Assembly: GCA_000092065.1 (NCBI GenBank)
Contig: CP000587.1
DNA from: Ostreococcus lucimarinus
Taxonomy: Eukaryota
Strand: one strand, 5' to 3'
DNA: 64,000 nt
The notes under the pieces are model-generated. The model saw only the letters and a list, made by a program, of their open reading frames with translations, was not told the origin of the DNA and ran no database searches. Made by a program: the position numbers and the translations under genes. Shown here one piece after another: positions 9,112-18,645 of the stretch. Within the stretch, counting starts at the first letter, position 1. Every line of letters starts with the position of its first letter.

Positions 9112-11562
9112 ATGACGTCGGCGATGCGGGACGCGAAGGCGTCGCTGCGTGACTTTTCGAGCGACGATTTCGATCGCGTGCGGTGGATTAACGAGCAAAC
9201 GCGCGCGCGAATCGGCGACGCGGGAGGGAGCGGGCGCGACGCGACGGCGCGGGATGGATCGGCGGTGGTGGCGCGCGCGGTCGGAGAGGGGACGCGAGGG
9301 ACGAGCGCGTCGCCGTTGGAACGATTTTTGGCGGATTTGGAACTGCAGCTGCAGTTGCTCGGCGAAGATCTGTCGATGTCGCTGGAAGAGCGCTCGCGCG
9401 AGGGTGTCGCGCGCGTGCCCAAGGCGGTGAAGGAGATAGAAGTCGTCGAGGGGCGGGTGAAGCGTCTGCACGAGGAAGTGCGAGGGATATTGGATCGATT
9501 GGACGAGGTGGAGTCGGAGTCGCGCGCGAGCGTGGAAGCGCTGCGACAGCTCGACGCGGCGAAACAACGCATGGAGAGCGCGCGAGAGACGCTGCAGGAG
9601 GCGAATGGACTAGCAGATTTGATGGCGAGTGTGGACGGGATCTTTGCGAGCGGGAATATTCGTAACATGTCCGAGTCGTTGGCGCGGATGAAGCGCGGTT
9701 TAGCCGTCGTGGGCGACGTGCCAGAATTCGCCGACGGGCAAGACAAGGTGAACGCGTTCGAGCACAAGCTCGAGGCGATCGTCAGACCGGCCTTGATCAC
9801 GGCGTTGGAGTCACAAAACAGCACGGCGGCTCGCGAACATCGCGACGTGTTGCGCACTACCGGCCGCGGTTCGGCGTTGGAGAGCATTTATGCGGACACG
9901 CGCGTGACGTCTCGCATGCTCAAGCAGTGGAAGTCGCGCGAGCGCGATGCGACGACGACTGACGCTGGGAGGCTGGACGCTTCGGTGCATATGATCGATG
10001 AATTCTTGAAGTATTGCGCCACCGCTCTCAAAGAGGAGATATCTTGGTGCTCGAGTACGTTCCCCGAAGACGCCGTGCTTTTGATTCCGTTGTCTTGGTG
10101 TTCGCTTCACACCACGCTCGAAACGTCCATCACGGAGAAGCTCAGCTCGCTAACGCTCGAGCAACTCGTCTCGGCTCGAAATTCGTTCCAAACGTACGTC
10201 GAAGACGTTGGGATAGCGTTTACAAAACTCGCCGGCGACGCTGCAGCGCACGCGAACGCCGACGCCGTCAAGGGCGCCATCGGCGACGCGTTGATGGCGA
10301 TTGTCGAGCCTTTCATCGCGGTTGAGCAGCGTTTCGGCCAGCTCGCGCTTGCAGACATACGAACTACTTTAGATTCTTCGGTAAACATCCCTGAGGCACA
10401 GTCTATTGCGACGTCGGACGACTTGACCGCAGTTATACAAAGCGTGCTCGCCACGCTGCCGAAAGCCATCGACGTCTTCGGCGTCGTCATAGACAGATGC
10501 GAGGCGATTACCGCTGGCGTTGAGACGATGACTTGCATTCATGCGATTGAAAGTGGAATGGAACACTACGTCGATTTAGTCGCGCTCGTCCTTCGTGACT
10601 TGAGAAACGCGGCCGGTTTGATTGACTCGACCGCGACGAACATGAACTCAAACACGACTTCCGCGGGCGAAGAATTCATCAGAGGATCGCTCAGTATGCT
10701 GGACATGATCAACGCCATCCCGAACGCACTGTTAGATTTCGAGTCCGATCTACGTGCAAAGCTTCTGAAGCTTCGAGCGACGCTGCGACCGGCTTTGGAT
10801 GTTACTTTGGAGCTTGGTGACGGACCAAAAAGCCGTACGCTCCTCGGTTTGAGCATCGCGGCGCACGCGGCGCGATCACGAAAGTTGGCCACGTTCCTTG
10901 ACAAGGTGGCGGATGCCGCGGTGAAGCACTCGCTCGATGGATCCATAATTCCGGTCGGTGCTGAGCACATGAACGCTCTGACTAGATCACTCGAAAAATT
11001 CGTGTACGACACTCTCCTCGGGCGGGTGTCGCTCGAACTCAAGGGAATCAGCACGTCTGAGGTTTGGAGCGCCAAACCTGCCGAGAGCGCGTATAAACTC
11101 CCGACGTTTAGCGCTTATCCGCAAGAGCGAATGACGAATGCAGGTGAATATCTGCTTTCATTGCCGCAGCATCTGGATAACATGCACGACGACGACTTGG
11201 CTCGCGCGACGTCGCTTTCGGGCGACTCGAATGCGGCGCAAGAGCCGGCGACTTCCGAGGCGTGGATTGCGAAAATCGCCGAAGCGAGTGCTGAGTTGCT
11301 CTTGAAAGAAGTGCGTGCCATCGCGTCGCTCACCGACCAAGGCGCTGCGCAGTTGTCGGCGGATTTGGAGTATTTTTCGAACATAGTTGCAGCGCTCTCA
11401 CTCGCGCCACCCAGCGCGCTCATCGCCTGGTACAAGTGCGCGAGCGCGCCTCGCGACGAATACGAAGATTTTGCACGCGCTGCGACTTCAGAGGGCATCG
11501 ACGTGCGCGTCGTGCGAGCCGCCGCGGCGACGCGAGGGATTAAGTTAAGTAGTTCTTTGTAA
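9112..11562 (+). CDS. COG7: Conserved oligomeric Golgi complex subunit 7
   Basis: The N-terminus (DFSSDDFDRVRWINEQ) matches COG7 DFSKFLADDFDVKEWIN. The C-terminus (AAQLSADLEYFSNIVAALSLAPP..., SLPQHLDNMHDDD) is collinear with the human COG7 C-terminus. I refined the start to the ATG at 9112, because the track start at 8914 lies in an Arg-rich low-complexity stretch. TGTAA overlaps the stop. Confidence 0.7.
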   Translation: MTSAMRDAKASLRDFSSDDFDRVRWINEQTRARIGDAGGSGRDATARDGSAVVARAVGEGTRGTSASPLERFLADLELQLQLLGEDLSMSLEERSREGVARVPKAVKEIEVVEGRVKRLHEEVRGILDRLDEVESESRASVEALRQLDAAKQRMESARETLQEANGLADLMASVDGIFASGNIRNMSESLARMKRGLAVVGDVPEFADGQDKVNAFEHKLEAIVRPALITALESQNSTAAREHRDVLRTTGRGSALESIYADTRVTSRMLKQWKSRERDATTTDAGRLDASVHMIDEFLKYCATALKEEISWCSSTFPEDAVLLIPLSWCSLHTTLETSITEKLSSLTLEQLVSARNSFQTYVEDVGIAFTKLAGDAAAHANADAVKGAIGDALMAIVEPFIAVEQRFGQLALADIRTTLDSSVNIPEAQSIATSDDLTAVIQSVLATLPKAIDVFGVVIDRCEAITAGVETMTCIHAIESGMEHYVDLVALVLRDLRNAAGLIDSTATNMNSNTTSAGEEFIRGSLSMLDMINAIPNALLDFESDLRAKLLKLRATLRPALDVTLELGDGPKSRTLLGLSIAAHAARSRKLATFLDKVADAAVKHSLDGSIIPVGAEHMNALTRSLEKFVYDTLLGRVSLELKGISTSEVWSAKPAESAYKLPTFSAYPQERMTNAGEYLLSLPQHLDNMHDDDLARATSLSGDSNAAQEPATSEAWIAKIAEASAELLLKEVRAIASLTDQGAAQLSADLEYFSNIVAALSLAPPSALIAWYKCASAPRDEYEDFARAATSEGIDVRVVRAAAATRGIKLSSSL
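11558..11562 (+). promoter_or_regulatory. TGTAA overlapping the COG7 stop codon (ttTGTAAcg)
   Basis: The stop TAA at 11560-11562 is embedded in TGTAA. The convergent AGPase gene has its own minus-strand TGTAA at 11595-11599. Confidence 0.4.
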
Positions 11563-11594
11563 CGATTAGCGTTTCGCTTACAGAGCTTGATTTG

Positions 11595-11599
11595 TTACA
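11595..11599 (-). promoter_or_regulatory. TGTAA putative poly(A) signal for ADP-glucose pyrophosphorylase, 72 nt 3' of its stop
   Basis: Plus-strand ttaca lies within gatttgttacaaagtt. Confidence 0.4.
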
Positions 11600-11673
11600 A
11601 AGTTCCGAATTCTAGAAGAATGTTGTGGTATTGCGCCGCGAGAGTTCTTGTGTCAACTTCTGAGACTGAAGAA

Positions 11674-13044
11674 TCAGATGACAGTGCCAGCCTTGATCAC
11701 GGCATCCTTGATGACGACAATGATGCCATCGCGGATGATGTAACCTTCGCTTTCGCAATCCTTATCCATGACGCCAGCCTCATTGAGGATTTGGCAGTTT
11801 TCACCAATGCGCGCGTTCTTGTCGATGATGGCTTTGCGAATCTTCGTGCCGGCGCCAATACCGATCGGCGTGCAGCCCGGAAGGCTAGCCGGGTCGCATT
11901 CTTCGAGGCTCTCGTAGTAATCAGCACCCATGACGAGTGTGTCCTCCAAATCACACCCTTCGTTGACCGTCGATCTCAAACCAACCATGACGTTTTTGAG
12001 CTTGGCTTGCTTGATGGTGCAGCCGTCGCCGATCGTGGAGCGCTCGATTTCGCAATCTTGCACCTTGCTCGGCGGCAAGAAGCGAGACTGGGTGTAGATC
12101 GGCGCGTTGCGATCGTAGAAACTGAACTTCGGGTTCGGGTCGTTGCACTCCAAGTTGGCGTGGAAAAACGCATCGACGGTACCGATGTCCTCCCAGTATC
12201 CGTCGTACAAGTGAGCGACCACCTTCATGCCCTTCTGAGCCGCCATCGGGATGATTTCACCACCGAAATCGTTCGCTTCCGGGAAATCATCTTGAAGCAC
12301 CTGCTCCATAGCCTTGGCGTTGAACACGTAGATACCCATCGAGGCAATGTACGGCATTTCCTTGGCGCGTTCCGCGTCCAAGCCTAAGATGGTGGTGTCG
12401 CATTGCATCGCCTTGAGAGCGTCACCCTTGGGCTTTTCGGAGAACTCGATGATGGTGGCGTGTTCGTTAATCTTCATCAAGCCGAAAGAGCTGGCTCGCT
12501 TCTCATCCGTCGGCAAAGCGGCGACGGTGATGTCGGCGTTCTTCGCGCGGTGGTCGCGAATAAACGGACGGTAATCCATGCGGTACAAGTGATCGCCCGA
12601 AAGAATCAAGTATTCCTCGCACCCGCTCTCGGCAAACAACCACAAGTATTGACGAACAGCATCCGCGGTACCTTGGAACCACGCCTTGTTGATCGGGCTC
12701 TGTTGAGCCGCGAGCACTTCGACGAATCCCTGACGCGTGTACGTCCCGATGTTCGTGTTGTACGCCTGGGACAAGTGTCTGTTCAAAGATGCGCTGTTAA
12801 ACTGCGTCAAGCAGTACACCTTGTTGATGTCAGAGTTGATACAGTTCGACACCGGGATATCGATCAAGCGGTAGTTCGCCCCCAACGGCACCGCCGGCTT
12901 CGCCCGCTTCTTCGTCAACGGGTACAATCGCGTCCCCGCGCCGCCGCCGAGAATGATGGACAACACGTTATCCATCGACGCATCGTGTTCCTTCTTCCCC
13001 TCGCTCTTCTCGTGCATCGCCGGCGACGTCGCATGAATCATCAC
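11674..13044 (-). CDS. Glucose-1-phosphate adenylyltransferase (ADP-glucose pyrophosphorylase) main exon; a 5' exon encoding the transit peptide is probably missing
   Basis: The AGPase match runs full length ([43 protein letters not shown]..., ...WEDIGT...). No plastid transit peptide is present. The frame stays open to 13136, where an ACTGAC...CAG acceptor sits (see findings). Confidence 0.85.
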   Translation of the reverse strand: MMIHATSPAMHEKSEGKKEHDASMDNVLSIILGGGAGTRLYPLTKKRAKPAVPLGANYRLIDIPVSNCINSDINKVYCLTQFNSASLNRHLSQAYNTNIGTYTRQGFVEVLAAQQSPINKAWFQGTADAVRQYLWLFAESGCEEYLILSGDHLYRMDYRPFIRDHRAKNADITVAALPTDEKRASSFGLMKINEHATIIEFSEKPKGDALKAMQCDTTILGLDAERAKEMPYIASMGIYVFNAKAMEQVLQDDFPEANDFGGEIIPMAAQKGMKVVAHLYDGYWEDIGTVDAFFHANLECNDPNPKFSFYDRNAPIYTQSRFLPPSKVQDCEIERSTIGDGCTIKQAKLKNVMVGLRSTVNEGCDLEDTLVMGADYYESLEECDPASLPGCTPIGIGAGTKIRKAIIDKNARIGENCQILNEAGVMDKDCESEGYIIRDGIIVVIKDAVIKAGTVI

Positions 13045-13766
13045 CGCCGCCCGCGTCTCGACGCGTCGAATCGCGCGCGCATTCTTCGCCGCGCCTCTCG
13101 TCTTAATCGCCGCCGTCCCGCGCGCGCTCGCCCGCGCTGCGTTCGTCCAATCGCGATCCCGTCAGTCTTCCATCCTCGTCCCGCCCGCTTCGCGTCCTCC
13201 CGCGCGCGCGTCGCGTCCGCGTCGTCCACCACCGCGCGTTCGCGCGCGCCTCCGACGCGCGCGCGCGTCGTCGCGCGGCCCGCTTCGCGTCATCGCGTCG
13301 CCGCGCGTCGTCGACATCGAATCGAATCGAATCGATCGCGATCGTTCGTCCCGTCGTCGCGCGTCGAGGCGCGTCGTCGCGCCGCGCCGCGGTCGGCGTC
13401 GATCGTTCGCGCGCTCGTTCGATCGCGCACCCGTCATCGCGCGCGTCGTCGTCGTCGCGCGCATCGTCGTCGCCGTCGAAATGTGCGGCGTCGACGACGC
13501 GCGTCGACGCGCGATATCCGATCGCGCGCGCGCGCGCGCGTCGTGAGCCACTCGTTTCTTGGAACTGGTGATGGGTCTCGGAATGCGTCAAGTACGGGAA
13601 TTCGAGCGTTCGATCTTGGATTTATGCAACGCGCGAAACGTCGCGGGCGACGCGAACCGACTTATTTTAGGCGCGCGGAGGCGCGCGGTTGACTCGCGGG
13701 CGGCGCGCGGCAGAGCGCGGCCGGTGGCGCGCGACGTCGACGGGAGGGATCGAGCGCGCGCGTGAG

Positions 13767-16280
13767 ATGGTCGGACGCGTCGCGGTGTTCGCGCGGGTGC
13801 GGCCGAGGGATGGACGCGGGCGCGAGGAGGACGACGGCGAGGGCGCGGAGGCGGGCGGGGAGGACGGCGACGGCGCGGGACGGCGAGGGGCGTGGATCGA
13901 GGACGGACGCGTGGTGAGCGTGAAATCGACGACGTCGGTGAACGGCGTCACGCGGAGGTTCGCGGTGGACGGGGCGTTCGACGGGAGGGCGACGCAGCGG
14001 GAGGTGTACGCGGAGACGTGCGCGCCGGTGCTCGAGGCGGTGCGGAGCGGGTGTCGAGGATGCGTGCTCGCGTACGGACAGACGGGGTCGGGGAAGACGT
14101 ATTCACTACTGAATGGGGGTGGCGATCGAGCCGAACGCGAGGCGTCGACGAGCGAAGGTGGCAACGGGGGGCCGGGACTCGTGCCGAGAATCGCGGTGGA
14201 TTGTTTCGCGCGAGCGGCGAGCGACGCGAGGCACGCGTACGAGGTGTCGTGCGCGATGGCGCAGATTTATAACGAACAGGTCGATGATTTGGTAGCGAAA
14301 AAATCGGGATTACGTGTCGTTCCCGCGAGCGATGGCTCGGGGTGGGAGATTGAGAACTTATCGTGGACGCCGTGTCGAAGCGCCGAGGACGTTCTCGAGT
14401 GTTTTCGTCGCGGGCGATCGCGATTGGTGTACGCCGAGACGCATATGAACAAGCAGAGCTCGAGATCCCACTGTGTGTTTCAGATGAAAATCGAACGCAT
14501 CGAGCGACCGATCGAGGCGGATGTCGATCGCGACGAGGATGAGGATGAAGACGGAACCGCGCAGCTCGTCGCCGTGGAGAAGCGTCTCGGACTGCTCACC
14601 ATCGTCGACTTGGCCGGAAGTGAGCGACAGAAGAAGACGCAGAACGTCGGCGCGCGATTCAAAGAGGCGTTGAACATCAACACCAGCCTGCTCGCTCTAG
14701 GGAACGTCGTAAGTGCGCTCGCGGCGGGGCACAGGCACATCCCGTATCGTGATTCCACGCTTACGAAAATCTTAGAGCCGAGCCTGAACGGCAAGAGTCG
14801 CACGGTTCTGCTCGTGTGCGTCAGCTCCGAGATCGAGCACGCGAACGAAAGCGCGAATTCGCTCGACTTTGCCACGCGTGCGATGCGAATCGTGACTTCA
14901 CCCGAGGTTCGTTCGTCCTTAGTGGACATGGACCCTCGCAAACTGACGCAACAATTGCGCGGTCAATGCGACGACGAAGCGGTGGCGCGTCTGATGGATG
15001 AAGTCACTTCGCTTCGTCGCGCGCTCGCAAACGCGACGAAAAGTTCGGAGGATGACATTAACGCGATGAAAAAGTCGCGCGATTCGCTTCAACACGAGAT
15101 TTGCAGCGCGAGATTGGCGTTGGAGTCTTCGAAGAGGGCGCTCGAGCAAGCGAAGAGCGAGTCGACGACAAAGACGCGCGAGTTGGATGCGATTGAAAAT
15201 CAGCGTAGCGCGCTCGATTCGCGCGTACGCACGCTCGTGGTAAAGTTGAGCACGTCTTCGAATGAGCTGCAGAACGAGAGAGCAAAGTTCAAAGAGGAAT
15301 CAGCGCGACTTGTGGCGGACGCGCGGAAATTGGACGCGCAATTGAGCGCCGAGCGCGCGTCAGCTTCGCACACGCTCAAGCGCATGGAACATCTCAATAA
15401 GCTCGCGAGCGAGCTGAAGGTATCCAACGATTCCAATATCGTTGAGAACGCCAAGCTTAAAGCCGAAAATGTGCGGCTTCGGTCGACTGTTGGATCGCAG
15501 CGGATGGACAACGCGAGATTGATGCGCAGACACGCGGCGCTCGAATCGAAGCACGCCCTCGTCGTCGCCGAACGCGCCGAGCTCGTGTGCGAGTGCGAGT
15601 CCCTATTCATCGAGAACAAATTCATGGTCGTAATACGTGACGCTCTGGCGGCGGCTTGCGACGCAAAAATATCCGAAATGACTCGACGATATGTCAAGTT
15701 GGATGCGATTCGCGCGAGACATTCCATGGCCCGACGAGCGGCCGCTCGTCGATCGACCGAGCGCACGGCGATATTGATGGCTTTAGAGCGATCGAACAAG
15801 GGCGTATTGAAGCACGTGCGCGACTTAGAGAACCACAGGAGCGCCAGTGACGAGAGATACGCTCGAGAACTCGCGGCAGCGCGCGCCGAAGGCGACGCGC
15901 ATCGTCAGCGCGCCAAAGCCGCCGCGCGACTCCACGCTCTCTCCGCCGACCGTCAGCTCGAGCGAGGTTTAGTCTTAACCAAGCTCGCGCGCAATGGCAA
16001 GCGTTACGATCGACTTGTCCGCGTCGATCCATTCACCGGTGCGCTTGAGGCCGCGCAGTTGCCTCGCCGGTTCAAGAAAATCGCGCCGCGGCGCGCCGCG
16101 AGCGACGGCGCCCCGACCGCCGTCGACCGATCGCCGTCCCTCGCTATGACGCGAGACGACCAGCGCGACGTGGTTTCAATTTCTTTACAGAATCGCACGT
16201 TTGATATCGAGGCCACGCACGGCGCCGACCTCGTGTGGGGTCTCGCCCTCGCTCGCCGGTTTGGCGTTCGCGACGGCTGA
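13767..16280 (+). CDS. Kinesin-like protein with an N-terminal motor domain and a long coiled-coil tail
   Basis: Motor-domain motifs are the P-loop GQTGSGKTY, switch/neck-region NINTSLLALGNVVSAL and DLAGSERQ. The C-terminal ~450 aa are heptad-rich. I refined the start to the ATG at 13767. Confidence 0.8.
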   Translation: MVGRVAVFARVRPRDGRGREEDDGEGAEAGGEDGDGAGRRGAWIEDGRVVSVKSTTSVNGVTRRFAVDGAFDGRATQREVYAETCAPVLEAVRSGCRGCVLAYGQTGSGKTYSLLNGGGDRAEREASTSEGGNGGPGLVPRIAVDCFARAASDARHAYEVSCAMAQIYNEQVDDLVAKKSGLRVVPASDGSGWEIENLSWTPCRSAEDVLECFRRGRSRLVYAETHMNKQSSRSHCVFQMKIERIERPIEADVDRDEDEDEDGTAQLVAVEKRLGLLTIVDLAGSERQKKTQNVGARFKEALNINTSLLALGNVVSALAAGHRHIPYRDSTLTKILEPSLNGKSRTVLLVCVSSEIEHANESANSLDFATRAMRIVTSPEVRSSLVDMDPRKLTQQLRGQCDDEAVARLMDEVTSLRRALANATKSSEDDINAMKKSRDSLQHEICSARLALESSKRALEQAKSESTTKTRELDAIENQRSALDSRVRTLVVKLSTSSNELQNERAKFKEESARLVADARKLDAQLSAERASASHTLKRMEHLNKLASELKVSNDSNIVENAKLKAENVRLRSTVGSQRMDNARLMRRHAALESKHALVVAERAELVCECESLFIENKFMVVIRDALAAACDAKISEMTRRYVKLDAIRARHSMARRAAARRSTERTAILMALERSNKGVLKHVRDLENHRSASDERYARELAAARAEGDAHRQRAKAAARLHALSADRQLERGLVLTKLARNGKRYDRLVRVDPFTGALEAAQLPRRFKKIAPRRAASDGAPTAVDRSPSLAMTRDDQRDVVSISLQNRTFDIEATHGADLVWGLALARRFGVRDG

Positions 16281-16385
16281 GCCGCCGCCTCAGCCGCCGC
16301 CTCATTCCCCACCGGTCCTCACCGTCGTGATCGATCGCGTGCGGCGTCGCGTCGCCCGAGTGTGGAACAAACATCGACTCCGCGC

Positions 16386-16802
16386 ATGTCCGGCGGTCGC
16401 TCGCGGTCGCAGAAGCACCAAAACCGCGTGCCGTTCGTCGCCAAGCGGGACATCAAGCGCAACGAGGGCGACCGCGAGCGCGAGCTCGGCCTCCGTAACC
16501 TCGCCCTGCAGAACGTCTGCAAGCGATGTCAGCAAAAGATCGTCTGGCGCTTTCAAATGGGCAAGTATAAAGCGAAGAAACCGGGCACGCGCGGTCGGTG
16601 TAACAAGTGCGAGCAGAAGAGCGTGCGCATGGCGTACCGAAGCCTTTGCGACGCGTGCGGCAAGGCGCACGATTTGTGTCCGGGATGTCAGCACCCACCG
16701 AGCGAGGCGAACGCGAGTCGCGACGTGCCGGAAGCATGCGCGTCGTCCGGCTCAGATTCCGACGCTGAATCGGAACCAGCGTCCGACGGCGAGGAATCTT
16801 AG
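16386..16802 (+). CDS. C9orf85-homolog / DUF2039 family small zinc-binding protein
   Basis: RSRSQKHQN...CKRCQQKIVWRFQMGKYKAKKPG...CNKCEQKSV...CDACGK is collinear with human C9orf85 (SRPQKHQN...CQRCKEVLEWRVKYSKYKP...KCVKCLQKTV). TGTAA lies 24 nt after the stop. Confidence 0.6.
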   Translation: MSGGRSRSQKHQNRVPFVAKRDIKRNEGDRERELGLRNLALQNVCKRCQQKIVWRFQMGKYKAKKPGTRGRCNKCEQKSVRMAYRSLCDACGKAHDLCPGCQHPPSEANASRDVPEACASSGSDSDAESEPASDGEES

Positions 16803-16825
16803 TCGCCGCCAGGCGAACGCGTGAG

Positions 16826-16830
16826 TGTAA
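16826..16830 (+). promoter_or_regulatory. TGTAA putative poly(A) signal for the C9orf85-like gene, 24 nt 3' of its stop
   Basis: The sequence is gcgtgagtgtaacaaac. Confidence 0.4.
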
Positions 16831-16867
16831 CAAACATCTGTAGAGTAGTCTCCACTTTCCCGCGCGC

Positions 16868-18625
16868 ATGAGACGCGAGAGCAGCCCGTTGCTCGTGGAC
16901 GTCGTCGCGGACGATGATTTAGACGACGACGACCCGACGACGTCGTCTCTGGACGCGCGCGTCACCTTTACGCAGCTGTTATCGCTCGCGAAACGCGAGT
17001 GGGACACGTTACTCTTCGGGACACTCAGTCTGCTCGTTCGCCTGCCGTTCTCGGTGTCGATGCCGCATTTCACGAGCGTCGCGATCGGGGCGTCGATTGA
17101 CGGCGATGAAGCGCGATTTCGCGCCAACGTCACGCGGTTCCTGGTCGTTGGCGTGGTGAACGGAGTTTTAGACTTTAGCAATGTGTTCCTCTTTGCGTTG
17201 GCGCAGAGTCGCGTGGCGAGGCGGTTGCGGAATCGAGCGTTCGCGGCGACGCTGAGGAAAAATATGGCGTATTTTGATGCGAGAACGTCGGGTAAAATAA
17301 ATTCGACGGTGACGAACGATACGAGCGCGGTGAGCGCGAATTTGTCTTGGCTGTTACGCAGCTGCGTGGAAGCGGTCGTCAGGTGCGTCGGTGTCGGCGC
17401 ATATCTTTTGTTTTGGGTGAACTTCGAGCTCGGTGCGTTGGCGCTCGTCGTGATACCGATAACAAGCGTGGTCAATTACTTCTATGGCAAGTTATTGAGC
17501 GCTAACGCAGAGTCAGTGCAAGAGACGTTGGCGAAATCGAACGGCGTGGCGCAAGAAACTATTTCAAACATCGTCACGGTGCGATCGTTCGCGAACGAAC
17601 CGTTTGAACGCAGACGGTTCGGCGATGCCATAGATGAGTGGTACGAGCAGTCGTATCGCGCCGCGCAACTGTCAGGATGGTACTATTCGTTTATGTATTC
17701 GCTCGTGTCGGCGTGTTTCGTGCCGGCGGCAATTCTGTACGTAGGAGGTGGATTCGTCGTCGACGGCTCGATGCACGCCGAAAAGCTCGTTGCGACCATG
17801 CTTTATTCTGCGATTTTACAAGAGTATTTCGGGAATCTTTTGAGCTCTTTTACGAATTTGTTCGCCGCGCGAGGTGCAGCGGCGGAATTGTTCAAAGTTT
17901 TGGCCAAGAACGAGCGAGAAGACGACGACGCGGACAATGGCGCGACGCTACCCATCGACGACGTGAAGGGAGCAATATCGTTTTCAAACGTCTCCTTCTC
18001 GTATCCGACTCGACCGGATATTCCCGCGCTCTCGGGCGTGAGCTTCGATGTGTCGCCCGGCGAGATCATCGGCATCGTTGGTCGGAGTGGTTGCGGCAAG
18101 TCTACAGTGTTCGCACTGCTACAGCGTTTCTACACCGAATTTAGCGGCGACATCACACTCGACGGAGCGCGCATCGAGACGCTCTCGCCGAACTGGCTCC
18201 GGCGTCACTGCTTCGCGCTCGTTGGCCAAGAGCCAGTACTTTTCAACGGCACAATTCTTTCTAACATTGCGTACGCTCGTTTGGGCGCCGGAATCGATCG
18301 GGAGCGTGCGATTGAGTGCGCTAAGACTGCGCTGATCCACGACGTCATCGAAGACGAACTCGGCGGCTACGATACACACGTCGGAGAGCGGGGTTGTCAA
18401 TTGTCAGGCGGCCAAAAGCAGCGCGTCGCAATTGCTAGAGCGTTGTACTCGTCTCCGCGGGTGTTATTATTGGACGAACCCACGAGCGCTCTTGATTTAG
18501 AAGCCGAATCCATCGTTACCGCGGCTTTGCGAAAAGCCGCTCGCGGACGAACAACGATCGTCATATCACACACGCCCGTCGACTCGTTCGTCGACAGAAC
18601 TTTAGAACTCTCCCCTAGAACATAG
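16868..18625 (+). CDS. ABC transporter B-family half transporter (TMD-NBD), ATM/TAP-like
   Basis: An N-terminal 6-TM ABC membrane domain is followed by an NBD with Walker A GRSGCGKST, the signature LSGGQKQRVAIARAL and Walker B VLLLDEPTSALD. Confidence 0.85.
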   Translation: MRRESSPLLVDVVADDDLDDDDPTTSSLDARVTFTQLLSLAKREWDTLLFGTLSLLVRLPFSVSMPHFTSVAIGASIDGDEARFRANVTRFLVVGVVNGVLDFSNVFLFALAQSRVARRLRNRAFAATLRKNMAYFDARTSGKINSTVTNDTSAVSANLSWLLRSCVEAVVRCVGVGAYLLFWVNFELGALALVVIPITSVVNYFYGKLLSANAESVQETLAKSNGVAQETISNIVTVRSFANEPFERRRFGDAIDEWYEQSYRAAQLSGWYYSFMYSLVSACFVPAAILYVGGGFVVDGSMHAEKLVATMLYSAILQEYFGNLLSSFTNLFAARGAAAELFKVLAKNEREDDDADNGATLPIDDVKGAISFSNVSFSYPTRPDIPALSGVSFDVSPGEIIGIVGRSGCGKSTVFALLQRFYTEFSGDITLDGARIETLSPNWLRRHCFALVGQEPVLFNGTILSNIAYARLGAGIDRERAIECAKTALIHDVIEDELGGYDTHVGERGCQLSGGQKQRVAIARALYSSPRVLLLDEPTSALDLEAESIVTAALRKAARGRTTIVISHTPVDSFVDRTLELSPRT

Positions 18626-18645
18626 CGCATCAATCAAAATAGAAT

